Virus record (IMG/VR): IMGVR_UViG_3300000872_000015
Location: 1-44,970 of that record
Strand: one strand, 5' to 3'
Source: a virus
Taxonomy: Duplodnaviria > Caudoviricetes
DNA length: 44,970 nucleotides
Shown: positions 1 to 9,971 of the stretch, piece by piece
How the letters are laid out: each line of letters opens with the position of its first letter
Numbering within the stretch: position 1 is the first letter of the stretch
Notes under the pieces: generated by a model
Database searches by the model: none
The model's input: only the letters and a program-made list of their open reading frames with translations
Told to the model about the DNA's origin: nothing
Translations under genes and position numbers: made by a program

Positions 1-396
1 TCATATCTTTGTTTTTATTCTAGTTAATGCTTCTTTTAAATCTACTCCCGAGAATTTCTTGAAGGTCATATAGGATGAGCCTAACTCTTTGGCTCCGACT
101 AGAGCGCCTATAATTTTAGTAAAAGGGATTTCGCTTGAGCTAAGTAAAAATCTTTCGTACACGAAACTTGAAATGATAACTACCATATACATTATCACCT
201 TTATGAAAACTTTGTTGAATTTTTTCCAACAAAATTGTTTTTTCGATACCGCATATGTAACACCAACTATCTGATCGAGTAGTATAAGAACAAGCACCGC
301 GCTCAGCACTACTCGCGCATCATAGAAAAGCGAAAGAATAGAGGCGATAATCTTGTACAAAAAATCTGATATTGATGCGTTCTCTGTTGTTATCAT
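1..396 (-). CDS. Putative phage holin
   Basis: 131 aa, 2-3 hydrophobic helices, basic C-terminus, downstream of the tail genes. Confidence 0.7.
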   Translation of the reverse strand: MITTENASISDFLYKIIASILSLFYDARVVLSAVLVLILLDQIVGVTYAVSKKQFCWKKFNKVFIKVIMYMVVIISSFVYERFLLSSSEIPFTKIIGALVGAKELGSSYMTFKKFSGVDLKEALTRIKTKI

Positions 397-411
397 TTTC
401 TTTATACATTA

Positions 412-717
412 TTATTCCGCAACGCAAGGCTGCGGCATTATCGTATCGTTTTTTGTTTCTAGACATTCTTTACAGAATTTAATAAACAATTCTGCGCTTT
501 CAGATAGCGACATTGTTCCCCCGACTTCGAGAGAATCATCTTCGTAATTCAGCCAGAAAGTTTCACCTTCTTGGTTAAAATATAAATCATAGTTTTTTGC
601 AACAACAGAATCAATTTTAGATAATGTTGTGTCTGTAGTTATGTTTACAGTAGTTGTGTCTTGCGCTGTTGTGTCTAGAGCGAAAAGCGCGAATAATAGA
701 ATAAATAGTGTTTTCAT
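412..717 (-). CDS. Hypothetical exported protein
   Basis: N-terminus MKTLFILLFALFALDTTA|Q resembles a Sec/SPI signal with Gln at +1. Confidence 0.55.
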   Translation of the reverse strand: MKTLFILLFALFALDTTAQDTTTVNITTDTTLSKIDSVVAKNYDLYFNQEGETFWLNYEDDSLEVGGTMSLSESAELFIKFCKECLETKNDTIMPQPCVAE

Positions 718-732
718 GTTTATTTTTTTCGA

Positions 733-3681
733 TTAAAATTCAAAGCTTCTTCCCCCCGCGCTAACAATCATCCATTGTCCTTTACTGCCACTCAATCCGT
801 TGCTGCGCAACGTGCAGCAATCCGAACTACTTTTAAAGGTTATATGTTTCTGCGATCCTGTATAGCCGTTAATAGTGTTACTCCCACGCGGATAAATGCG
901 AGCATCACTATCGTTCCAGCACACGACGCGAATGCACTCTCCGACTTTGTAAGAACTCGCGTACGGAAGGTAATAACTTCGCGTCGTTGTTTTCTGATCT
1001 AAGACAAAAAGATAATACCCGGACGACAAATAATTTGTTTCGGAATCACCAGGCGAAGTCTGGTGTTCCGAGGGAATCGACATTATGCCATTCATTCTTC
1101 CGGTTACCTCTATATCGCCGACAAATTTACCGGCGATTCCGTCGCCAGCACCACTGTTTACAGCCTTCGCGTATAGACCGTAGATATCAGACACAGAACT
1201 GTCTGTATTTGAAAATAACGCCACGCCTGAAACTCCACAACTGTAAGGAAAAACAGAGGTTCCTATTCGAGCATCTTTGCCAGCACTTGTGTTTTTACAG
1301 ATAACATAAGCGCTGCCATCGTCGTTAACGATTCCAGATCCAGAAATCTTATAACCTCCAATCGTGCCCCCGTCGACATCGACGTTGTTCGAATAAAGCG
1401 TATCCGCAGTGATATTTCCTGTTATTGTAGCGTTCTTCGCCGTAAGAGCGCCGTCCGAGGTTACCTTAAAATTACCGCTTCCGAGGTTGAATGAGCCTGC
1501 TGTTACCGCACCCAGGGCCGTTATATCTGTCCCGACAAGCCTATCTGCCGTAATGGTTCCAGCAGCTATTTTATTCCCTGTTATCGTGTTACCTGCTATC
1601 TTGTTTCCCGTGATAGTTCCAGCTTCTAAGAAATCGGTATTAAGGTATCCGCCCTCAATCAAAGTTTTGCCGTTAATTATTGCATCCTGCTTTTCTGCAT
1701 CGAGCGTATTAGTGAGGTTCGCGGCGTAGCTCTGTGCGCTTGCTAGAGCGGCATTAGCTTTTGTTGTAGCGTCGGTCGAAGCTGTTGAAATAGCACTATA
1801 CTGAGCCTCATTGGCCTTATTGTCTGCGTAACTTTCGAGGTCTTCCGGGGCTGGGCTCCAGGCGGTTGCTTTGTTGCCTTCTTCTAACTTTGCGAGACAC
1901 ACTTTTACCGTGTCACCCGCCGTAGCTGTTAACCCGCACGCAATGATATGTTGAGTGATGTCATTTGACGAAGTAAATGTTAATGAAGCTTTTGCCCAGT
2001 GCCCTCTCTCTGTTATTATTTTTGAGCCAACAGTTCTCCACGAAGGATTCAAAAAAATATTAATTTTAGCTTGGCCTTCGATTTGAGAAGGAACGTAATA
2101 ATAAAAAGTTGCTGTGTATTCTGTTGATAAATCTAAATTAACACGCTGATAAACATAAACATATTTTTCTGTTGCGACTGCCTGAATTGCGCCTTTCGAG
2201 GCAAAGGGCATATCATCTGTTCTGTTTATCCATGCTCTTTCTCCGCCGTGTGAAACACCCCAATGCGCTGTATTTTTAAAATTCGAATTTAACAGCAAGT
2301 TTGTGCCCCCTACTTCTATTAAATCTACAACACTGCTTATCTCGTCATTCAGCCCGTCTACGTTCGAGGATGAGACGACAAGCGTACTCGTGTTTATTTT
2401 GTCTGCTGCAATACTTCCGGCTTCGAGGAAATCTGTGTTAATATAACCTCCTTCAATTAGCGTTTTGCCGTTCACGACAGCGTCCTGCTTTTCTGCATCG
2501 AGGGCATTCGTGAGGTTCGTGGCGTATGTTTTTGCGGAAGATAAGGCATTATTGGCCTTATTCGTTGCATCTGTCGCAGCCGTGCTTATTGCGCTACTCT
2601 TCGCATTCTCCACGTCTGCCGTGGTCGCCGCATTGCCGGCTGTTACGTTTATTTTTCCGCTAAAATTCCCATTTTCGAGGTAGCAGTTTTGCCCATATAT
2701 TCCGTAGCCGGAAAGCACCCCAAATTTTTCGCTTGTTATCCCCGATAGATCGCCTACACGAACTTTTGTACATCCCGCAAGGTTCGCAGATTTTACACCG
2801 CCTAAAACATCGATGTAGGGAGAATCATCATCTACCGCTGTAATGTAAATTAGTCCCTGCCGTGCTGTATTTGTCGTATTTCCAAACTGCCCGATTTCAT
2901 CTCCGGGGGCAGGTGTCCCGTCTCCGTCGATGACATGCATTGTGAAATATCCGCTTCCGACAGCATCTACGAGAGCGGAGTAATATTTTACCTGTTTTCC
3001 ACTAAAGACTTGACAGCGCACTATATCGTTTTTAACGAAAGATATAGTCGTGTCTACAGGATATATTTTGTAGGTTGTTCCCGATACGCTAACGCTGTCT
3101 ATTTTCGCATTACCTGCCGAGATTACAAGACCGCCGTTTATACTTCGAATCTTTTGTACAACAAGCTCGTAGAAGTTCGCCGACTTTCTAACTGTTAAGT
3201 AATCGAGCGTTAACCGAGAGCTGTCGCCGTCTATGCGCCAACCGCTGCCCGCGAATCCGCTGAAATAATTCGGAGAGCCGATAGTTTTACCGACAAACAC
3301 AGAGTTAGAGGCGTTAACATCTCCTGTTAGTTGTGTCTTGCCGGTTACGGAAAAATTACCGCCTACGTCTGTCGCTCCTGTTACATCAAGTGTGTTCTTA
3401 AGGGTTGTTTTGCCGGAAGTGATTAATGTTCCGCCAATAGTCGTGTTTCCTCCGATGTCAGTGTTTTTCCCGACAGTTAAATTCTTATTCAAAACCGCCG
3501 ATTTCGACACCTTTAGGCTGTCGTTAACAGTCAAAGAGCTATCTACAACAGCCTTTCCCCCGACTTTAAGATAATTACCGGTCGATAATGTATCAACCGC
3601 TTTTATAAGGTCGCCGTTTACTTCCTGTCCGTGCACTACACACGTAACAAATAACATTAAGATTAATAATAGTTTTTTCAT
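733..3681 (-). CDS. Tail fibre / receptor-binding protein with internal carbohydrate-binding-like domain
   Basis: 982 aa, Gly/Thr/Val-rich beta repeats, FAGSGWRI motif, GGTNLLLNSNF...KLEEGNKATAWSPAPED module, AGTIT repeats, position after tail-tip genes. Confidence 0.75.
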   Translation of the reverse strand: MKKLLLILMLFVTCVVHGQEVNGDLIKAVDTLSTGNYLKVGGKAVVDSSLTVNDSLKVSKSAVLNKNLTVGKNTDIGGNTTIGGTLITSGKTTLKNTLDVTGATDVGGNFSVTGKTQLTGDVNASNSVFVGKTIGSPNYFSGFAGSGWRIDGDSSRLTLDYLTVRKSANFYELVVQKIRSINGGLVISAGNAKIDSVSVSGTTYKIYPVDTTISFVKNDIVRCQVFSGKQVKYYSALVDAVGSGYFTMHVIDGDGTPAPGDEIGQFGNTTNTARQGLIYITAVDDDSPYIDVLGGVKSANLAGCTKVRVGDLSGITSEKFGVLSGYGIYGQNCYLENGNFSGKINVTAGNAATTADVENAKSSAISTAATDATNKANNALSSAKTYATNLTNALDAEKQDAVVNGKTLIEGGYINTDFLEAGSIAADKINTSTLVVSSSNVDGLNDEISSVVDLIEVGGTNLLLNSNFKNTAHWGVSHGGERAWINRTDDMPFASKGAIQAVATEKYVYVYQRVNLDLSTEYTATFYYYVPSQIEGQAKINIFLNPSWRTVGSKIITERGHWAKASLTFTSSNDITQHIIACGLTATAGDTVKVCLAKLEEGNKATAWSPAPEDLESYADNKANEAQYSAISTASTDATTKANAALASAQSYAANLTNTLDAEKQDAIINGKTLIEGGYLNTDFLEAGTITGNKIAGNTITGNKIAAGTITADRLVGTDITALGAVTAGSFNLGSGNFKVTSDGALTAKNATITGNITADTLYSNNVDVDGGTIGGYKISGSGIVNDDGSAYVICKNTSAGKDARIGTSVFPYSCGVSGVALFSNTDSSVSDIYGLYAKAVNSGAGDGIAGKFVGDIEVTGRMNGIMSIPSEHQTSPGDSETNYLSSGYYLFVLDQKTTTRSYYLPYASSYKVGECIRVVCWNDSDARIYPRGSNTINGYTGSQKHITFKSSSDCCTLRSNGLSGSKGQWMIVSAGGRSFEF
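1612..2595. repeat. Diverged ~185-bp direct repeat (about 1612-1797 and 2411-2595) inside the tail fibre gene
   Basis: Two copies encoding SAISTAxTDATxKANxALxSAxxYAxNLTNxLDAEKQDAxxNGKTLIEGGYxNTDFLEAGxI. Confidence 0.9.
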
Positions 3682-3694
3682 TTTCTTTAATTGT

Positions 3695-5677
3695 TTAATT
3701 GTCTATTCTCTCAAATTCATAACTGAAAATCACACCGACCAAGGGCACATTATCGTTTATTACTATTTCGCAGCCCTCGTAGTTAAACCACTCTTCTTTT
3801 ATAAAGTGATAGCCTACATCCGCCTTTATGTATTTCCCCTTATATTTCTTATATCTGTATACCCTAAAGTTTTCCTGAATTACATCACCCTCGCTGAAAG
3901 TGTCGCCAAAATTGACCGTTATCGTTCGAGAATCAGAAGCCGTTAGCTTCTTCTTTCCTTTTACTCTATGCGTAAGTTTTCCTGCTTTATCGGCATAACC
4001 AGCATGTACTTTCTTATTAAGAAAATATAGGTAGTTGCCACTTTTTACTAACTCTGTTTTCTTCCAGTAGCCTAATAGTCGAGCAGCCATATTATTACTC
4101 GAAGAACTAAGCGAATTAATAATCGCGTTATAAACGTCCGTTAACGCCGATAACGCTTTTACGCTGTTACTTACTGTAGCTACCTCCTCTTTTAATGATG
4201 TGATACTTCCTGTCTTTTGTTCTTCGCTAAATTCTATTTCGGCGACACATGGGAAATCTAATTTTTCGACAACCTTTAAAACACGGGTTTCGAGCGTATA
4301 ATTTCCGCAGATATATGTAACTACCATTCCCGGTTTTAGCCTCGTTCCATCCGCATTGAATTGCACCGGATTTGATTTAACCGTGTAGGTATCAAAATCA
4401 GAATAATATTGCGGCATAGCTTTGTCGAGAGCTTCTTCCAATTCATCCTCTGCAGCGGTCACGTAAGCAGTAGGCATTTCGATTCCACATAAAACCACGC
4501 TATCGCCTGCCGCAGGAATAAGGATTTCGTTAGGTATTATAGTTCCTGTGCTTTCATCTAAAATTATTTCAAATTCTTTATTCTCGCTATCATACCCTAA
4601 CTCAAACTCCCATCCTTGTAGATTCCCTGAGCTAAAATAAGCGGTAAGGGTTTCGCCGTCAATAATATCGTCCTCGTCAAAGTTGTAGTCGTCGATTTTA
4701 AAAAAGAAAATAGCGTAAGTCTGATAAGTTACTGTGCCGTCCGCTGCTGTGCTTAATACTACCTTATTTCCGTCGCTATCGTAATAATACTTAATTTCTT
4801 GTTTAACGTCTGAAACTGTCAAATAAGAGCGAGGATAAATATCGTCGAAAATTAGAACCTTAACGGCGATTTCTTTATCCGTTAAATCCTCCGAAATATC
4901 TTTATAACCATTCGGGCAAGTTGCTGCCGGTAATGCCAGGCGTTTATCTACAACATAATTTGTCGATTTTCCCGATTGATATTCTTGTGTGATATTGTGA
5001 GTTGAACCAAAAGCGTAAAACCGTGTATAATAGCCGTTAGAACTTCTATTTATCGAAGTTGGGTAAGTTATATTCTTTCCCACTTCCAATGTCACGCTGT
5101 CGCCAAATTTCGCAGTTCCAACATGAATTACAGTATCAATTACCCACCACTCGCAATCCCAACCACTGTCTGAGCATATTTGATTTAACCCTGATATAAT
5201 GTCTGCATTCTCAAATGAAAGTGTTTTGCTTCCTGTTAAAGAGCTATCAAGGGAATATGTATATGTTTCGCCCGTTTCATCTAATATCGAAGCGACAATA
5301 TTATCTAAGAAGTCGCCAATTGTAGCGGTTAAATCCCAAGACGTTTCCCGTGATGTAATATTCCCTTCCGTGTCGAGGTCTAAGAAGAAAAACGGGCGCA
5401 TTTGAAGGCACATAAAATCAGAATGAAATTCCGGCTCATACCTATATTCCGCGTCCGATTTCATGTCCGGTTTATATGGCTCAATTAAGCGGTATGTTTT
5501 CCCCTCGTAAGCAATATAAGAACCGATAGGCAATGTTTCCCCCGTCGTATCTCTCCAAGACAAAGTAACGAAATCGGAAGTCATTAACTCGGCTTCATGT
5601 TCCGCCTCTTTCGTAACCGTTACCGTACGCAACAACTCACCCGAAGCATCATATATGTTTATCGAGCTACTCATCAA
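3695..5677 (-). CDS. Tail tip / baseplate hub-like minor tail protein
   Basis: 660 aa acidic protein with TRFYAFGSTHNI and IFDDIYPR motifs, located after the Dit-like gene. Confidence 0.65.
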   Translation of the reverse strand: MMSSSINIYDASGELLRTVTVTKEAEHEAELMTSDFVTLSWRDTTGETLPIGSYIAYEGKTYRLIEPYKPDMKSDAEYRYEPEFHSDFMCLQMRPFFFLDLDTEGNITSRETSWDLTATIGDFLDNIVASILDETGETYTYSLDSSLTGSKTLSFENADIISGLNQICSDSGWDCEWWVIDTVIHVGTAKFGDSVTLEVGKNITYPTSINRSSNGYYTRFYAFGSTHNITQEYQSGKSTNYVVDKRLALPAATCPNGYKDISEDLTDKEIAVKVLIFDDIYPRSYLTVSDVKQEIKYYYDSDGNKVVLSTAADGTVTYQTYAIFFFKIDDYNFDEDDIIDGETLTAYFSSGNLQGWEFELGYDSENKEFEIILDESTGTIIPNEILIPAAGDSVVLCGIEMPTAYVTAAEDELEEALDKAMPQYYSDFDTYTVKSNPVQFNADGTRLKPGMVVTYICGNYTLETRVLKVVEKLDFPCVAEIEFSEEQKTGSITSLKEEVATVSNSVKALSALTDVYNAIINSLSSSSNNMAARLLGYWKKTELVKSGNYLYFLNKKVHAGYADKAGKLTHRVKGKKKLTASDSRTITVNFGDTFSEGDVIQENFRVYRYKKYKGKYIKADVGYHFIKEEWFNYEGCEIVINDNVPLVGVIFSYEFERIDN

Positions 5678-6080
5678 TCAATCTATTGGTCGGGTTGGGT
5701 TCTGTGAATGTTACTGCTAATTTTGCAAAGCCATTTATAGAATTAAAATCAGTCGATTTCCTATAATAGAGATAAAACGTTATTCCTAAATCTTCCACGT
5801 ATAGCGAGATTTTGCCACTTTGCAGGGTGTTTACAAATGAGCTGTAAAGAGCATATATATTGCTTTCCGTTGTATTAAAGCAAAATACTATTTTAATGTC
5901 TCTTTTGTCGATTTTTACGGCGGTGTCGAGAATTTCCTCGCCGTGTGCTAATCGTGAATTATTCTCAATATAATCTTTCATTGGGGCGGGTAGCATTAAA
6001 TTGTTGAATGCCCCATCTTCTAAGAACATTTTCCATGTGGTGTAGATGTTGCTCCCATTTATATAGACTTTCCCGCTCAT
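5667..6080 (-). CDS. Distal tail (Dit-like) protein
   Basis: Follows tape measure; C-terminal FTEPNP motif. Confidence 0.6.
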   Translation of the reverse strand: MSGKVYINGSNIYTTWKMFLEDGAFNNLMLPAPMKDYIENNSRLAHGEEILDTAVKIDKRDIKIVFCFNTTESNIYALYSSFVNTLQSGKISLYVEDLGITFYLYYRKSTDFNSINGFAKLAVTFTEPNPTNRLIDE

Positions 6081-9000
6081 AATCCTGCCGTGTTTTTCTT
6101 AATTTTCTCAATGTCACTTGCCATTGTCGGTAGTACGCTCGTGTAGTTTGAAATATTAGATAAATAATCTACCGATAATAGTGATATATCTCGCGTTTCC
6201 TTTACGCTCTCCGCCGTTAATTGAGCGTAATTGTTTATTGAAACTATATCAGGTTGCATTTGCTGCTGTAATGTCAGCATTTCAGCCCCATACATTTGTA
6301 AGGCTGTGAATCTGCCCTCTAGTACACTCGCAGTATCTTCCGATATAGTTTCATATCCCCCAGATGATGCGCTTTGACTATTGTCACTATCTGAAAATGA
6401 TATCCCTGAGGCTTCAAGTGCTTCTATGATAGCTTCTATTGCGGGGCTTGCCGATTCTATTGCCGCCAATACAGAGTTACTAAAACTCTCGATATCTTCG
6501 GTTGACACAATGTCACTATCTTCGTCGCCACTATCACTATCGCTATTGCCATTAGTTCTCCCACTTGAGCCGTTACCATTGTCGCTTGTCCCCATGTTTG
6601 CTATTAATTCATCAACCGCCGCTTGAATAGGCTCATTTAGATATGTTGCCACAAGCTGCTGTGTGACTATGTTTCTCACAATGTCATTAACCTTATCCCC
6701 CCAAGCTTCAGCTGCATCTTCGCCCTCTAAAAAAGCGTCAACTAAAGATGTTGCTAAGTCGTCAACTGTTGTACCAATAAGACTTTCTGTTATAGAGTCC
6801 ATCTCGCTTACAAGTTCGTTGTATGAATTTAAAAGGCTTTCAATAGCCTCTCTCTGTTCTGTTGATATATATCCGTATAAGTGGCTTGCTAATTCGTTCA
6901 TCTCAGATTCTAACTCTGACATTGATTCTCTCACGCTTTCATAGTCAACAGTTCTAAAGTAGCTGTTTGAACTAGTCTTGTCTATTATTCTAGGTTGATA
7001 ACTTGTATTTTCGTCGAATTGCTCGTTTAATTCTTTAGCATCATCAATTAATCCTGTTAACTGTTTTTGTACCTCTGCCAATGCGTAGAATGCTGCAATA
7101 TCGCCACTGCCTAAGTTGTTAAACGTTTCGTTTGCAACTTCCATAGATGCAACTATCATGTTTACATATTCATATATCTCAGCAAATCGCTCTGCTAGAG
7201 TTTCGCTTCTGCTGTTTATTTGGCTAATTATAGATGACGCGATTTTTAGAACGCCACCGACATAATTTCCCTGTGCTATATCAGCCACACCCTGTAATGC
7301 ATTCATGCCATCGTTAATACATTTAGCCTGATCTTCGGTTAATCCAAGTTGCTCTCCATATTCATTTGTTATTTCTGAAACCGCTCCTGATATTTGATTA
7401 ATTGAGGATAATAATTTTTGATAATTAACAGTTTGATTATGTAGCGCTTCAAGTTTATCATTTTCAGTTTTAAGAGCTTCTTTTTCTTGTTTTGTTAATG
7501 TTTTTACGGGGGCTAATTGCGCTTTAATCTCTTTTGTTTTAAGACCAGTAATCTCTAGTGATTTTGTTTCCGTATTTGTATTGTCCGCATCTAATGTTTT
7601 AAAATTAGAATTAACCAACCCGTCATTTATTGCTTGTGTGAATTTCTCTCTTACTTTTTCATAAAAAGCGTTTAACTTCTGTTGTTCCGCGTCAATAGCA
7701 ATTAAAAGTTCTACATCATTATCCGCCGTTCCGGTGCCAAGCTGCTTTTTTAAATCTTTTATTGTTTTTTTGCTTTCTGTGGCTGTCCATACTTTTACTT
7801 TACCTCCGCCTCCGCCATTACCGTTATCAAATTCCTTAGCTTTCTCTATTGCTGTTTCTATTGATTCTATTATGCTTTCCCATTTCTTTTTTCGAATGCT
7901 ATTTATTGCGGTTCCGCCATCTGAATCATCGCGGTATTTTAAATCTGTTGAACTTTCTTTTTGTATTTCCTCTAAATATTTCTGTAGTTTCTCTAGTTGC
8001 TCGTTAGCATCTTTAATTCCGAGTATTTCTGTTAGTTTTGTTTCCTTATCCGTAAAACCAGCGTTAGCTTTTTTTACAACCGCTTTTAGGCGATTTTCTA
8101 AATCCTCACTTTTGGTAAATCCTGCACTTAGCCACGACATTCCCGCGGAATTACCAAGAGCTTTTAGGGCTGCAACCTTATCTGTAAAGGTTGATATTGA
8201 TTTTGGAAGTATCTCTATATCTTCAGGGTCTGTAAGTAGGGCGTTAAAAGCGTCGGCAAGACCTGTTGACGCTACTTTTGCCGCACTTCCAAGACCCTTT
8301 AATTCTCGTTGCCATTTGTTGTGAACCATACTCCACTTGTTGTCGGCTTCTTCCATCATGGTTTCGTAAGCTGTTTGCATCGAGCCTACCGCCGTGGTCA
8401 TGGTGTCTAAATCTTCAGTTGCTTCGGTAGTTTTATCTCCTGTAAGAGAAAGTACGGCATTCATTCCCTCAACACGCCCCATTAGCTCTTTTAGCTTCGT
8501 GTCAGAGCCACCTGCCATATCTCGTAGTTTTTGCAGCCCCTCTTGGAGTGTCATTGCTTTGCTCCAACCGTCTCCCAAATTTTCGTTTAACCCGATAATA
8601 GCTTGACGGATTTGTGTCATTGCAACCGGAGTTGTATTTCCCTGCTTCGTAAGTGTAGCTATTGCTCCGGTAATTTCTTCGAGGGAAATATCCATAGCAG
8701 ATGCCATAGGCGCAACCGTGGCTATATTGCTCGCTAATTCGGGGAAGGTAGTTTTACCTTTTTCTACAGTTTTAAATAGAATATCGGCTACATTTTCGGC
8801 TTCCGAAGCATCTTTACCCCACGCATTTAGAATAGTTGTTAAACCGTCCGCAGCTGTTTTTGTGTCGGTTATCCCTGCCGTAGCTGCTCTATTTGCAACA
8901 TCCAAAAGATTTAATCCTGCCGCACCGTCATAACCCGCCGAAACAATTTGATAATATGCCTTTGCAAGTTCAATCGCATCGTCCGGACCTTGTGCGGCCA

Positions 9001-9289
9001 TATCTATTATTTGGTCGCTTATGCCCTCAAAGTCTTCTTGCACTGCCTCGGAGATAGTTTGCACCTCTCGCATGGCCATACCAAACTCGTTGGCAAAATC
9101 AAGCGCAGCGTCTGAAAGCCCGGCAAGTATTGTAGCTCCGGCAGCTAATGGCAAGAACGGGGCCATAGATGCAATATTTCCGCTAAGACCGGAGATAATA
9201 CCCTTAGCCTCGGTAGCCCCTTTGCGAAGCCCCGCATTGTTCATTGTATTAACGAAGTGTAACCCTTGTATGCCTCCCGAAATTCCCAT
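6077..9289 (-). CDS. Tail tape measure protein (TP901-like core)
   Basis: 1070 aa, Ala-rich helical; ADILFKTVEKGKTTFPELA core; follows tail chaperone. Confidence 0.9.
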   Translation of the reverse strand: MGISGGIQGLHFVNTMNNAGLRKGATEAKGIISGLSGNIASMAPFLPLAAGATILAGLSDAALDFANEFGMAMREVQTISEAVQEDFEGISDQIIDMAAQGPDDAIELAKAYYQIVSAGYDGAAGLNLLDVANRAATAGITDTKTAADGLTTILNAWGKDASEAENVADILFKTVEKGKTTFPELASNIATVAPMASAMDISLEEITGAIATLTKQGNTTPVAMTQIRQAIIGLNENLGDGWSKAMTLQEGLQKLRDMAGGSDTKLKELMGRVEGMNAVLSLTGDKTTEATEDLDTMTTAVGSMQTAYETMMEEADNKWSMVHNKWQRELKGLGSAAKVASTGLADAFNALLTDPEDIEILPKSISTFTDKVAALKALGNSAGMSWLSAGFTKSEDLENRLKAVVKKANAGFTDKETKLTEILGIKDANEQLEKLQKYLEEIQKESSTDLKYRDDSDGGTAINSIRKKKWESIIESIETAIEKAKEFDNGNGGGGGKVKVWTATESKKTIKDLKKQLGTGTADNDVELLIAIDAEQQKLNAFYEKVREKFTQAINDGLVNSNFKTLDADNTNTETKSLEITGLKTKEIKAQLAPVKTLTKQEKEALKTENDKLEALHNQTVNYQKLLSSINQISGAVSEITNEYGEQLGLTEDQAKCINDGMNALQGVADIAQGNYVGGVLKIASSIISQINSRSETLAERFAEIYEYVNMIVASMEVANETFNNLGSGDIAAFYALAEVQKQLTGLIDDAKELNEQFDENTSYQPRIIDKTSSNSYFRTVDYESVRESMSELESEMNELASHLYGYISTEQREAIESLLNSYNELVSEMDSITESLIGTTVDDLATSLVDAFLEGEDAAEAWGDKVNDIVRNIVTQQLVATYLNEPIQAAVDELIANMGTSDNGNGSSGRTNGNSDSDSGDEDSDIVSTEDIESFSNSVLAAIESASPAIEAIIEALEASGISFSDSDNSQSASSGGYETISEDTASVLEGRFTALQMYGAEMLTLQQQMQPDIVSINNYAQLTAESVKETRDISLLSVDYLSNISNYTSVLPTMASDIEKIKKNTAGL

Positions 9290-9540
9290 TATAAATACCT
9301 CTGTGCCTCTTTTAATTGATTATATAAGTCATCTCCGCTTACCTCGTTTTTTTTAGATTCTTTGGAAATGTGACGGCTTGATAATAGTATTGCCATTAGC
9401 TTCTGATAGCTCACTCTCCACATAATTTCGTCAATGGAGAGTGAGGTATTTCTTAGCGCAATGCCTATTATTTTTGCCCGGCTTCTGAATCCTTTGCTAT
9501 CAGTTTCCGAGTCACTAATCTGATAGCGTTCGTAAAATTT
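9289..9540 (-). CDS. -1 frame extension of the tail assembly chaperone (GT-like), not in the ORF track
   Basis: -1 frame is open from A_AAT_TTT (9540-9534) to TAA at 9291-9289, which overlaps the tape measure ATG; encodes ...SKGFRSRAKIIGIALRNTSLSIDEIMWRVSYQKLMAILL...RYL. Confidence 0.7.
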   Translation of the reverse strand, partial: KFYERYQISDSETDSKGFRSRAKIIGIALRNTSLSIDEIMWRVSYQKLMAILLSSRHISKESKKNEVSGDDLYNQLKEAQRYL

Positions 9541-9929
9541 CCTAAATCGGCTTGTGAAAGAATAAACAGGAAAATATGAGTAACGTGAGATACCGGCACA
9601 TTATCTTCTATAAACTTATAATGTCGCTCTTTTGGCTCGAAATGGGCTTTACAAATCATTGCATGAGCTATAACTCGATTTACAATGTGTTTGTTTTTTT
9701 GAACAAACTTGGCGGTATCTACAATAGAGCCATCTTTGGGTACATTGTCCTCAACCCCTGAAAGACATTCTGTAATTTGGTAAATGACCCCCAGTGGTAG
9801 AGGTTTTACATCAATTACATATTCTTTTTTTTGCAGCCCAATTTTCTGTAAAAAAGTGGGGGAGTTCTCCGATATTTTTAATGGTTTGCGTTTTTCTAAT
9901 AACGCTTCGATTTCTTGTTTATCTGTCAT
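9468..9929 (-). CDS. Tail assembly chaperone (G-like)
   Basis: Lies between major tail protein and tape measure. Confidence 0.7.
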   Translation of the reverse strand: MTDKQEIEALLEKRKPLKISENSPTFLQKIGLQKKEYVIDVKPLPLGVIYQITECLSGVEDNVPKDGSIVDTAKFVQKNKHIVNRVIAHAMICKAHFEPKERHYKFIEDNVPVSHVTHIFLFILSQADLGNFTNAIRLVTRKLIAKDSEAGQK

Positions 9930-9943
9930 CGCCTAAAAGTATT

Positions 9944-9964
9944 AAAAGGGGCTGTTAACCCCTT
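9944..9964 (-). terminator. Putative intrinsic terminator after major tail gene
   Basis: Minus strand AAGGGG-TTAACAG-CCCCTTTT. Confidence 0.5.
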
Positions 9965-9971
9965 CGAATTT

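Noticed and set aside
1612-2595. Tail fibre repeats as DGR or invertible shufflon
   Set aside because: They are direct, in-frame repeats diverged largely at synonymous sites, with no RT or invertase present.
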